NCBI RefSeq assembly: GCF_001194135.2
Contig: NC_068986.1
Location: forward strand, 3,158,461-3,222,460
Reading direction: 5' to 3'
DNA: 64,000 nucleotides
Origin: Octopus bimaculoides
Lineage: Eukaryota
Notes under the pieces: model-generated
Told to the model about the DNA's origin: nothing
The model's input: the letters and a program-made list of their open reading frames with translations, nothing else
The model's database searches: none
Position numbers and translations under genes: made by a program
In this document: one piece after another, positions 38,240 to 49,233 of the stretch
Numbering within the stretch: the first letter of the stretch is position 1
Layout: every line of letters begins with the position of its first letter

Positions 38240-38845
38240 TGCAATATTGTTTTATTCATTTAGTTTTACATGTTTACTATTTTATCACCTTCGAAGTATT
38301 CTTCATTTGAAGCAATGCATCGGTCCAGACGCGTTTGCGAAGTGATGCCTTGTAACGCCTTCGTCGTGTTGTTTCTTCACCTCTTCCACATCTTCAAATT
38401 TCGTAGCACTAGATTTCGTTACCAGCAATGACCTTCGTAAAAAAGTCCGGTTCAACTTCCAACCGTTCTTTCAGTCGTGACTTTTTGATCTTCCGTGAGC
38501 AAGCGAAGCACGAATTTTATCTGTAACTCTTTTTATTCGCAATTCATCGCTCAAAATTCGTTCGGAGGAGCTCCAGGACACACCAGTCATATCAACAAGT
38601 TCGTCAGTTTTTCGGTGACGATCTTCAAGGATCAGTTCGTGAATTTTCATGAGGTTTTCGTTCGTTCGGGAGGTCAATGGTCGCCATGAACGGGGTTGGT
38701 CTTCAAGCGAGAAATGACTATTCCTAAAGCGTGAAAACCACTCGTAATCTTGTGTTTTGCTCATAGCAGCGTCCATGTAAGCTGTTTGAAGCATGACAAG
38801 TGTTTCGGCGGCCGTTTTCGCCTGCAGAAAACAGAATTTCATAGG
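38240..38845 (-). mobile_element. mariner transposase relic, internally deleted
   Basis: KFCFLQAKTAAETLVMLQTAY..YEWFSRFRNSHFSLEDQPRSWRPLTSRTNENL..ILSDELRIKRV (HTH region), joined to a C-terminal remnant RLDRCIASNEEYFEGDK; the DDD core is missing. Confidence 0.85.
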
Positions 38846-38875
38846 TGTGTGTGCGTGTGCGTGTATTTTTTCTGT

Positions 38876-39272
38876 GCTTTTCTTTTTTACTTCTTTCAGT
38901 CATTGGACTGCGGCCATGCTGGGACACTGCCTTGAAGGGTTTAATCGAGCAAATCGATCTAGTATTTATTCTTTAAGCCAGGTACTTATTAAACGGACCA
39001 GCACTGGTTATCAAGCGATGGTGGGAGACATACATATACACAAATACACAGATGTGCACGCACATTCACAACACACACGCACATACTTATAGATAAACAG
39101 ATAGATAGATAGATAGATAGACAGACATGCTTACTTCAGTTTCCGTCTACAAAATCCGCTCATCAATGCTTTGGTCGGCCCGAGATTATAGTAGAAGATG
39201 CTTGCCTACGGTGGGACTGAGCCCGGAACCATGTGTTTGGGAAACAAACTTCTTACCACACAGCCACGTCCA
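38876..39272 (-). mobile_element. Family A SINE, near complete with internal microsatellite
   Basis: 3' end TTTCAGTCATTGGACTGCGGCCATGCTGGG and head ACTTCAGTTTCCGTCTACAAAATCC...GGGACTGAGCCCGGAACCATGTG..CTTACCACACAGCCAC. Another copy at about 39700-40262. Confidence 0.8.
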
Positions 39273-40976
39273 TACATACACGCGTGTACCATCTCACGCA
39301 CACACATATACACACACACACACACACATGCATACTCTCTCGCTCCCCCCACACACAACATACAGCACACCCACACATTCACCTCACCACGTTTACTCTT
39401 TCACGGAAACACGTACACGAACAACTTATTGGGAAAGGTTTATTAAAATAGAAAACTTATAAATGATCACAACAGCTTCACGTGACTAAAAGGGAAAAAA
39501 TGACACAAAATAGGAGAATAATTTTGATTTCTCTTTTACTCTTTTACTTGTTTCAGTCATTAGACTGGGGCCATGATGGAGCTTCTGGTGTTAAAAATAT
39601 TCTCTATTATATAGAATACCTGCTTTTTTTTTGTGTGTCCAGCCAGACATCATCCTAGCTTACTCACTGTAAATAATTGGAGTTAATTTTATTTAATGAC
39701 TTTATCTTTTCCGTTGTCCAGTACAAGGACTGCGTCCACACTGGGACACTCGCCTTGAATAGTTTAACCGAACAAATCGACTCCTGTACTTATTTTTAAA
39801 GCTTGGTACTTATTCTATCGCTTACTTTTGTCGAACAGCTAAGTTACGCGGACGTAAAGAAATCAACAAATATTGTCAAACAGTGGTAGGCAGACAAACA
39901 CAAGCATAAGGACACACACACATTGATATATACATACATATATACTTGTGTGTGTATGTGCATATATATAAATAAAGAAGTCTGTTGTGTGTGTGTATAT
40001 ATACACACACACACACGCACACATAGACAGATAGATAGATAGAAAGACAAACAGACATACAGGCAAGCAGACAGACAGATAAATAGATAGACAGACAGAT
40101 AGACAATGGACTTATTTTGAGCTTCTATCTACCAAATTCATTCATAAAGCTTTTGGTCGACACAGGGCTATAGCAAAAGACACTTGCTTAATGTGCCACA
40201 CTATGAGATTGAACTCGGAACCAAGTGGTTAGGAAGCAAGCTTATTACCACACAACTAGGTGTATGCCCACAATAAGCATTTCCTCCTACTATTTTATTA
40301 TCGTTTGTTTCTTTGAAATGTTTTCCGAAGAGCTAACTGGGCAGACGGTATGTAATATCTTATGTGGAACTTTCCGGTCGTGTGCCATTATTAGAAACTA
40401 ATATCCTACATGGAACTGGAGGAAGATAGTAAGGAGAGACAGTAACGAAAAACAGATTCGGGTTGCGTATTACGTAGCCTGAGTTCAAAGTTGACGTTGC
40501 GGAGAATTTTGACATTGCTGACGTAGATAATAAATAAATGGTGAGACTAATCGACTCGTATCAATTTGTGTGTGTGTGTGCTTGCTTTTGTGCGTCTGCG
40601 CGTACGTGTATAGAGTATTGAACAGTGGAACACATTGCAGTTGCACCACATCAATAATTTCTCTTTCTCTCTTTCTGACACTCCCCCTCTCTTTACATAT
40701 ATGTGTGTGTCTATATATATTTACACACACACCACACACACACACACTAATATACGACAGTGTTCTTTCACTTTCCGTGTACGAAATCTACTCACAAGGC
40801 TTTGTTTTTTTTTTTATGTAAGCATTTAAAATTAAAATTCTTTTAATTTCTTCAAATCTTTTAGATTTTAGGAAGTACATCGTTTTTTTTTTTCCAAATT
40901 TGATTATTCAGTTTTCGTCAAAGTACCTACAACTCACGTACATCAGTGAGTAGTCGCATGTTTATATACATACATG

Positions 40977-41016
<40 letters not shown>

Positions 41017-41070
41017 ATGGAATAATTACTATGAAGCATTGTATAAAGGATCGTGGGTAAGGCCGAAACA

Positions 41071-41293
41071 ATGCAAGGTAAATCACAAGAAGACAAAATA
41101 TGTGAATTAATGCAGACTTACCTTGTATTCAATATTTCGGGGTTATCAGCCCATTTTCAAGAAATCGGTTTCACACACGCACATCGGCAACATTCGTCTA
41201 TTTCTTGAAAATGGGGTCATAACCCCGAAATATTGAATACAAGGTAAGTCAACATTAAATCACATATTTGTTTTCTTGTGATTTACCTTGCAT
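41071..41293. repeat. Long inverted repeat with ~95-bp arms and a ~34-bp spacer
   Basis: 41071-41165 matches the reverse complement of 41200-41293 with only scattered substitutions and a 1-nt indel. Confidence 0.95.
41198..41250 (+). ncRNA. Putative minimal type I hammerhead ribozyme (U3-A8 variant, Penelope-like); mirror copy on the minus strand at 41115-41167
   Basis: TTC-TTGAAAA-T-GGGG(TCATAA)CCCC-GAAA-TAT-T/GAA gives core U3U4G5A6N7A8A9, a 4-bp stem II, GAAA, palindromic ATAT stem III, an AUU site and a short stem I (TTC/GAA). AAG|GTAAGT follows. Pattern match by eye only. Confidence 0.5.
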
Positions 41294-42993
41294 ATATATA
41301 TAGATATAGATCGCTAGCCACCACACATTCTTTTTTTCTCTCCTTGTTTCTTTCTGTGTTCCTTTCTGTGGAAGAGCGTAGGCTCGAAATGTTAAAGACT
41401 TTTTCATTTCCCGAGCGTTATACGAATACATCTGTTTGTTGTCTACACCACCTGTCTTCCTCTGTTGGTTTTTTTTTTTGAATTCTCCCTATATATATAT
41501 ANNNNNNNNNNNNNNNNNNNNNNNNNNNNNNNNNNNNNNNNNNNNNNNNNNNNNNNNNNNNNNNNNNNNNNNNNNNNNNNNNNNNNNNNNNNNNNNNNNN
41601 NNNNNNNNNNNNNNNNNNNNNNNNNNNNNNNNNNNNNNNNNNNNNNNNNNNNNNNNNNNNNNNNNNNNNNNNNNNNNNNNNNNNNNNNNNNNNNNNNNNN
41701 NNNNNNNNNNNNNNNNNNNNNNNNNNNNNNNNNNNNNNNNNNNNNNNNNNNNNNNNNNNNNNNNNNNNNNNNNNNNNNNNNNNNNNNNNNNNNNNNNNNN
41801 NNNNNNNNNNNNNNNNNNNNNNNNNNNNNNNNNNNNNNNNNNNNNNNNNNNNNNNNNNNNNNNNNNNNNNNNNNNNNNNNNNNNNNNNNNNNNNNNNNNN
41901 NNNNNNNNNNNNNNNNNNNNNNNNNNNNNNNNNNNNNNNNNNNNNNNNNNNNNNNNNNNNNNNNNNNNNNNNNNNNNNNNNNNNNNNNNNNNNNNNNNNN
42001 NNNNNNNNNNNNNNNNNNNNNNNNNNNNNNNNNNNNNNNNNNNNNNNNNNNNNNNNNNNNNNNNNNNNNNNNNNNNNNNNNNNNNNNNNNNNNNNNNNNN
42101 NNNNNNNNNNNNNNNNNNNNNNNNNNNNNNNNNNNNNNNNNNNNNNNNNNNNNNNNNNNNNNNNNNNNNNNNNNNNNNNNNNNNNNNNNNNNNNNNNNNN
42201 NNNNNNNNNNNNNNNNNNNNNNNNNNNNNNNNNNNNNNNNNNNNNNNNNNNNNNNNNNNNNNNNNNNNNNNNNNNNNNNNNNNNNNNNNNNNNNNNNNNN
42301 NNNNNNNNNNNNNNNNNNNNNNNNNNNNNNNNNNNNNNNNNNNNNNNNNNNNNNNNNNNNNNNNNNNNNNNNNNNNNNNNNNNNNNNNNNNNNNNNNNNN
42401 NNNNNNNTATATATATATAAACTCAAGTATTTCTTCATTCTTTTACTTGCTAAGAAAGAAAAAAGAAAACAAGAAAGACATTATGATTAAAAAAAGAGTA
42501 AAATAAACTTTTAGTCGAAACCACGTGTACAACAGTAACCATAAAATGTACCGGAGTTAATGTCAATGTGTACACGTGTGGCTGGATACGTATAGTACAC
42601 GACCGTACACGTGTAAGTTTTCTTGCCCAACACTTACACAACACACATACATATACAACTCATGCACATACATATACAACACATACATATCAATACACAG
42701 AGCCATTACAAGCGAATCGATTTAATGTCGCTGTTGCAGTCAATATATGTAAAAGTTACAAAAAACACGAGATATTAAACACACTTTTAGCGCGTCTCCT
42801 TATCTTCGTGTCTGTTAAAAAAGAAAAAAAATGGTGGGAGTGGAAGAGAAAAAACAAAATTAATAAAACAACAAAACAAACAACACAAACAATAGAAAGG
42901 ACAATGAGAGGTTGGAAGTGGGAAAGGTAGTGTCAAGCGATGTATATCATTGAAACACACACACACACACTATGCACATACATATATACACAA

Positions 42994-43205
42994 GTGGGGG
43001 TGCTGGAAAGTTCTTGGCTCTGGGTAAAAGAAAATACAAGCGGATCAGTTGATTATGATTTTATTCAACATATCCCCCCCTCTCAGATTCACACTTTTAT
43101 TGCAGTGGCCCTTAAGTTTTATTACTCCCTGTGAAAGAACTCGGAAGGATGGGTCTCCAGCCACGCCTTTCGTGACACCCTCAAAGCCAGAAACTTTTTT
43201 AGCAC
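42994..43205. mobile_element. mariner-derived MITE, ~210 bp
   Basis: Left end GTGGGGGTGCTGGAAAGTTCTTGGCTCT and right end AAAGCCAGAAACTTTTTTAGCAC form an imperfect TIR pair. Confidence 0.65.
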
Positions 43206-43290
43206 ACACACACACGCACACGCCTAAGAAGTGAGGTATATAATGAAGGTATCGATACGTGCACGTGTATGAATATATATGTGCACGCAG

Positions 43291-43325
<35 letters not shown>

Positions 43326-43550
43326 CATCACTGTCTGCATGTACGAGTATACGTATGCATGTATACACATATATATTGATAGCTAGCTAGATACATAGAC
43401 AGACAAGCAAGAAGAGCAGAAGGACAGGCATAGAGACAGATAGATAGATAGATAGATAGATAGAGACGGACGGACGGATGGTTGGATAGATAGATGTCTG
43501 ACTGTCTGTCTGTCTGTCTATGAATCTACCTAGCTATCAGTATATGCATG

Positions 43551-43583
<33 letters not shown>

Positions 43584-44190
43584 NNNNNNNNNNNNNNNNN
43601 NNNNNNNNNNNNNNNNNNNNNNNNNNNNNNNNNNNNNNNNNNNNNNNNNNNNNNNNNNNNNNNNNNNNNNNNNNNNNNNNNNNNNNNNNNNNNNNNNNNN
43701 NNNNNNNNNNNNNNNNNNNNNNNNNNNNNNNNNNNNNNNNNNNNNNNNNNNNNNNNNNNNNNNNNNNNNNNNNNNNNNNNNNNNNNNNNNNNNNNNNNNN
43801 NNNNNNNNNNNNNNNNNNNNNNNNNNNNNNNNNNNNNNNNNNNNNNNNNNNNNNNNNNNNNNNNNNNNNNNNNNNNNNNNNNNNNNNNNNNNNNNNNNNN
43901 NNNNNNNNNNNNNNNNNNNNNNNNNNNNNNNNNNNNNNNNNNNNNNNNNNNNNNNNNNNNNNNNNNNNNNNNNNNNNNNNNNNNNNNNNNNNNNNNNNNN
44001 NNNNNNNNNNNNNNNNNNNNNNNNNNNNNNNNNNNNNNNNNNNNNNNNNNNNNNNNNNNNNNNNNNNNNNNNNNNNNNNNNNNNNNNNNNNNNNNNNNNN
44101 NNNNNNNNNNNNNNNNNNNNNNNNNNNNNNNNNNNNNNNNNNNNNNNNNNNNNNNNNNNNNNNNNNNNNNNNNNNNNNNNNNNNNNNNNN

Positions 44191-44243
<53 letters not shown>

Positions 44244-44926
44244 TCACACACATTTATATGAAAAAGGGTGATATAAATATATATGTATACATATATGCGT
44301 GCATGTATGTATGTATGTATATATATATATTCTTTGTTTAGTTGATTGCGTGTTTACGATGTGCAGTTCTCAGTCAACGCATCGCACCGTAACAGCAGTT
44401 ATTCCATTGACGTGTGTAACTTTGTGTTTGTAAAACGTAGAGGAAGATAGGAGACAGGTTGTACAAAAAAAAGAAAAAGAGAGAGGAGGGGTGTATTGGA
44501 AATGGGGAGTGAAAGAGAGTAAATACACACGTATTCATCTACGTGTAACGTGTAACGTGTACGTCCTTGTCTTGGTGGACTAACACGACCTTCCACTAAA
44601 TGATCAATAATCGATTATCGTTCACCAACCCTAAGTCATTAACCATAGGTAACAGAGACACGTATGATCAAAGTCGTTCCACCACGACCACACTGTTCTT
44701 TACTCGGACATTGAATAAATACAACTACTTCAGGATATATTTTTAAAAATAGTTCTAAAGCGAAAGATTTGACTGCTATTTCTCACATGTTCACCACGTA
44801 GAGCAGTGGTTGTCAGCCATTTTTTTTGCCTTTGGACGACCTCTTTGATTCCTGTATTATACAGATGGATACCCGTACCCATTCAATATTTAGAAGCATT
44901 GTACTATATTTTTATCATTAATAGTT

Positions 44927-45089
44927 GTGGCTGTGTGGTAAGAAGCTTGCTTCCCAACCACATGGTCACGAGTTCAATCCCACTGCGTGACACCTTGGCT
45001 ACGTGTCTTCTACTATAGCCTCGGGCCGACCAAAGCCTTCTCAGTGGATTTGGTAGACGGAAAGCGAAAGAAGTCCGTCGTGTGTGTGC

Positions 45090-45124
<35 letters not shown>

Positions 45125-45355
45125 TAGATAGATAGATAGATAGATGTATATGTTTGTATGTCTGTGTTTGTCCCCCCACCATTGCTTGACAACCGATGTT
45201 GGTGTGTCTACGTCCCGTAACTTAGCGGTTGGGAAAAAGTGACCGATAGAATAAGTACTAGGCTTACAAAGAGTAAGTCCTGGTGTCGATTTGTTCGACT
45301 AAAGGCGGTGCTCCAGTATGGCCGCAGTCAAATGACCGAAACAACCAAAAGAATA
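44927..45355 (+). mobile_element. Family A SINE, most complete copy
   Basis: TGGCTGTGTGGTAAG (box A), GAGTTCAATCC (box B), GACACCTTGG, central (TA)(GATA) tract, 3' half ending GGCGGTGCTCCAGTATGGCCGCAGTCAAATGACCGAAACAACCAAAAGAA. Confidence 0.9.
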
Positions 45356-45356
45356 T

Positions 45357-45515
45357 CCGACGGGCTTCTTTCAGTTTCCGTCTACCAAATCTACTCGCAA
45401 GTCTTTGGTCGGCGCGAAGCTATAGTAGATGACACTTGCCCAAGGTGTCATGCAGTGGGACTGAACCCGGATCCATGTGGTTGGGAAGTAAGCTTCTTAC
45501 CACACAGCCACTCTT
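45357..45515 (-). mobile_element. Family A SINE head, inverted relative to the adjacent copy
   Basis: CGACGGGCTTCTTTCAGTTTCCGTCTACCAAATC...CTTCTTACCACACAGCCAC is the reverse complement of 44927-45080. Confidence 0.9.
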
Positions 45516-45944
45516 ACGCCTGTGTACAAAAATTTGTATAAAGCCGTATGAAACATTGTTAAAATATTTTATGTGTTGTAAGTATAACCAATTTATTGCA
45601 CATTAATTTTAACATCTAAATCTTTTATGGCCCTGCAAGGGTCATGTAGCGTAGAGGCTCCTTCGTTGATTCGTATAAATGATAACGCAGGGTGTTGGGG
45701 GCTTGGCGGAATTGGTTAAGCAACAGAAAAAAAAAAGAAAGAAAAAAAAGCCTAGCGGCACTAATGTCTCTAACTTCGGAGTTCAACTCCCGCTATGGTT
45801 GACTTTCCCTTCTTCCTTTTGGAGGTGTTAAAAATTATTACTACTTAAGGACCGGGTTTGATTTAATCTGTAATCGACCAGTTCCCCTTCTTCCAAATGT
45901 TCAGGCCTTGTGCCTATTGTAGAAAGGATTTGTAGTTTTGCTAA

Positions 45945-46135
45945 GGCAGTGAGCTGGCAGAATTGTTTGCTCGACGAGTAAAATGCTTAGCAGCATTTCG
46001 TTCGTTTTCACGTTCTGACTTTGCCGTTTATCCTCTCGGATTCAGTGAAATAGGTACCAGTTGAGCACTGGGGTCAGTGTAATCGACTTACCACTCTCCC
46101 TAAATAGCTGGTCTTGTGCCAAAATTTGAAATCAT
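45945..46135 (+). mobile_element. Family B SINE, with an older copy at about 45700-45930
   Basis: GGCAGTGAGCTGGCAGAATTG..AAATGCTTAGCAGCATTTCG..GTACCAGTTGAGCACTGGGGTC..GGTCTTGTGCCAAAATTTGAAATCATTATT. Confidence 0.8.
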
Positions 46136-46334
46136 TATTTATAGCTTTGCCAACTTTAAGATTCACCGATCCCAAAACGAACTATCCTGTTTTGACTGCT
46201 AAACTTCATCGTCCCACCCCCAACCCGCCAATATCAGAACGTGGCTTTGTTATCTTTTATTCTATAAACACTTCCATGGTCGTTCTGACGAACCTTTCTT
46301 TCCTGTACCTTCTCTTAACATTATTAATCGAAAG

Positions 46335-46766
46335 CAGAGCCGGATTAAGACCCATTGAGGTCTTAAGCGCTTAAAATATCTTGGTGTCCCCATATATATG
46401 TAATTCAAAATATAAACAACAATAATCCATAAAATTAAGTTTCACTTTTCAAAATGAAACAAAACTAACAAAAAGACAGAAAATAAAATTTATTTTTATA
46501 TATTTCCACTTTATTTTTATTTGAAAAGTTTTCTCCTACTTTTTGCAAAGTCTTTGATGCGATCCTCAAAATTAATCTTACGTAACACATCTGCTTCTAT
46601 ATTTGGTAGAGATAAGGCATCCCGAATATTATTTTAGCAAGCTAAAAGTGATTTCTTTCGTGCCGTAAATCATTGACCATTTCTGTGATGAACTCCCCCC
46701 ACCGCCACCATTTCCCTTAATGCCTAAAGTACGTGCTTATTTTGCTTAATGGTTAATCCAGCGCTG
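46335..46766 (-). mobile_element. Non-autonomous hAT element retaining the end of the transposase dimerisation domain
   Basis: TIRs CAGAGCCGGATTAA / TTAATCCAGCGCTG and a degenerate 8-bp TSD (ATCGAAAG / GTCGAGAG). Minus strand reads DALSLPNIEADVLRKINFEDRIKDFAKSRRK. Confidence 0.75.
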
Positions 46767-47326
46767 GTCGAGAGGCTCGTCTTTCTTCTAATGTTCTTCC
46801 TTTCACTGTTGTTGTCTTCGTTCTGTAAGAAGTATTGCTACTCAGCAGTTTCTTTCCTTGAATATTTTCCTCATAGAACTCTATTCTTGTTTCCCCGATA
46901 AATATCATTTCCATTCTTTTAAATCTTGCATTGATCGTCATTTGTTTTTTAAGGCAGCTTCTTATTAGATGAATTAAAAAAAAAAAAAAATTATTTTTAT
47001 AAACGTCTTCTTCCTATGACCCNNNNNNNNNNNNNNNNNNNNNNNNNNNNNNNNNNNNNNNNNNNNNNNNNNNNNNNNNNNNNNNNNNNNNNNNNNNNNN
47101 NNNNNNNNNNNNNNNNNNNNNNNNNNNNNNNNNNNNNNNNNNNNNNNNNNNNNNNNNNNNNNNNNNNNNNNNNNNNNNNNNNNNNNNNNNNNNNNNNNNN
47201 NNNNNNNNNNNNNNNNNNNNNNNNNNNNNNNNNNNNNNNNNNNNNTATATATATATATATACGTGCACACACACACATATTTATGTTTATTTTACTATAT
47301 ATATATATAGTAAAATAATGTTCTAC

Positions 47327-47357
<31 letters not shown>

Positions 47358-48012
47358 TGTATGCATGTATGTATGCGTGTTTCTTTCCTTATAAAACATA
47401 ACCATTGCAGCGGTCATTGTCGCTATTGAAAATGGTAATTTTAACAAAAGCCCTGGGCTCAGATATGATTCTATTGGGTTCGAAGTATTTTCAAAATAAT
47501 GGATTATTTGTTTCTGTACAAAACTGATCAATGACTGAAAGATGATTTAAAGGAATGATGAAGAATGGATGTGGAGGAGTTTGGCGTTCATGATTTGCTC
47601 TCTTGAGAAGAAAAGCTTTTTGCTTTTGTTACTATTTTTACATAATTCCAACAAATCTTTATGGGAACAAGAAAATGGAATTGATCATTAGGAAACACCA
47701 CAAAAGTTTAATATTCGTGAAAACCGATATTGCTCCACCTATTGGAAGGTAACGGAAATAAATCGTTTAGAAATCAGAAGAATTATTTGATATAATTTCG
47801 AACTCTAATAGGATTAGAAAAAGTAAAAACTGCAAGTTCTTCCCAGAATTTTCCATTACATAAAACCTTAAAGAGGTGAAAACCGCAGCACAGTGACAAA
47901 GAGTCCATAGATAAACAAAAGGAGACCAATTTTTGGCGGGTGTTATTAAAATAGTTGACAAACTTTGATCCTATTATGATATCATATCTCAGTGAACCCT
48001 GAAAGAATATCA

Positions 48013-49233
48013 CACCGGTCAAGAAAATAAAACTTTTATTTTCTGGCATAAAATTTCAGAGCTGTTTTAGACTAATTTGGAGGTGCTGATTTCAAAACTG
48101 ACCTCATATTTGCTATATCACGTCACATTTTTGTGCCATCGGTATATACCTTTATTTAATTGAAGCAGACCAAAAGTTAACTTTACTCCCCTATTTGCGG
48201 GAATTATGATTGGATTGTCATACTAATTTTGAGGTTTGAACTGAACCACGGTGATCTAGTTCTGGATACAACATCGAAAAGAAGGATGTGCTGTAATAAC
48301 CTCAATATCTTCTGTTACATCTGTGGAAACTTTACTCCACAGACTCAAAGTTGCAACATAAATAACTTTGTTAAGAAGGTGTATCTTGCTTACTTTAAAG
48401 TAACACTTAAAGACCAGGACAAAAACTGAGCTCCCCACAATGTACTACCTTTTCGAGTCTCAGTGACGAGAAGGCAGGAATATTTGATGAACCTCAAATA
48501 AGAACACTCGTCAGGGATCCACATTTTGTTACAACCATGAGTGCTGTGGAGGCTAGAACTTGGAATGCCTTCTCTGATGTGGAGAGGAATTTCCTTGGAA
48601 ACAGGAAAGCTGACAACTATCGAGAGATTGTGGAGGAGCTGCTCTTGACTTTGCAAGTACTTGAATGTAGAATAAGCATTAAATTGTACTACTTACACAG
48701 TCACTTAGGTGAATTTCCAGAGAACCTGGGTGATGCTAGCGAAGACCAATGCGAACACTTTCATCAAGATGTAAAAGTAATGGAAGAACGCTATCAAGGC
48801 GGATGGGACTTAAAACATGATGACACATTACTGCTGGAGCTTGATGAGAGATATTCCACAAGCGATCGTCAAAAAAGAGGAAGTTCTTGCATTAATAAGA
48901 TGATCAGAATGAACGACCACAATGAATAAAGCTTTTCTATTCATATTTTGTTATAATCAAGATTAATTCTTATATGCTAATGTGCAATTAGTCTCACAAC
49001 TCTGTTTTGATTAATTAGATTAAAAAAAGACATATTGTCTATCAAAATTGTATCCACGTATGTTTAATTCTTCTTCTATGAGCATTAAATTGCTGTTTCT
49101 AGCAAAACTAAAAGACTTTATATCTCAAAATTCTGATGTAATAGACAAAATATGATGCCAGATTTGGATTCAGCGCATCAAAATTAGCTAAAAACCATTG
49201 ATAAGCCTTGTCCTAGAAAACGTGTTGACCAAT
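48013..49233 (+). mobile_element. Chapaev3-like (CMC superfamily) DNA transposon, internally deleted and inactivated
   Basis: N-terminal CCNNLNIFCYICG...DQDKN*APH is joined to the C-terminal block FLGNRKADNY..IKLYYLHSHLGEFPENLGDASEDQCEHFHQDVKVMEERYQG. Ends are CACCGGTCAAG / GTTGACCAAT, with ~60-bp subterminal inverted repeats. Family name is from motif recall. Confidence 0.7.

Noticed and set aside
41036-41074. GCATTGTA...GGCCGAAACAATGC, resembling hammerhead stem III with a GUA site next to the foldback element
   Set aside because: No CUGANGA-like core and no stem I between the two strands; only a 7-bp hairpin is supported.
44804-44901. Possible small hAT MITE (CAGTGGTTGTCAGCC ... TTAGAAGCATTG)
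   Set aside because: Right TIR is poor and there is no matching TSD.
44927-45010. tRNA-like box A and box B sequences in SINE heads
   Set aside because: No cloverleaf is evident and they continue into SINE bodies; not tRNA genes.
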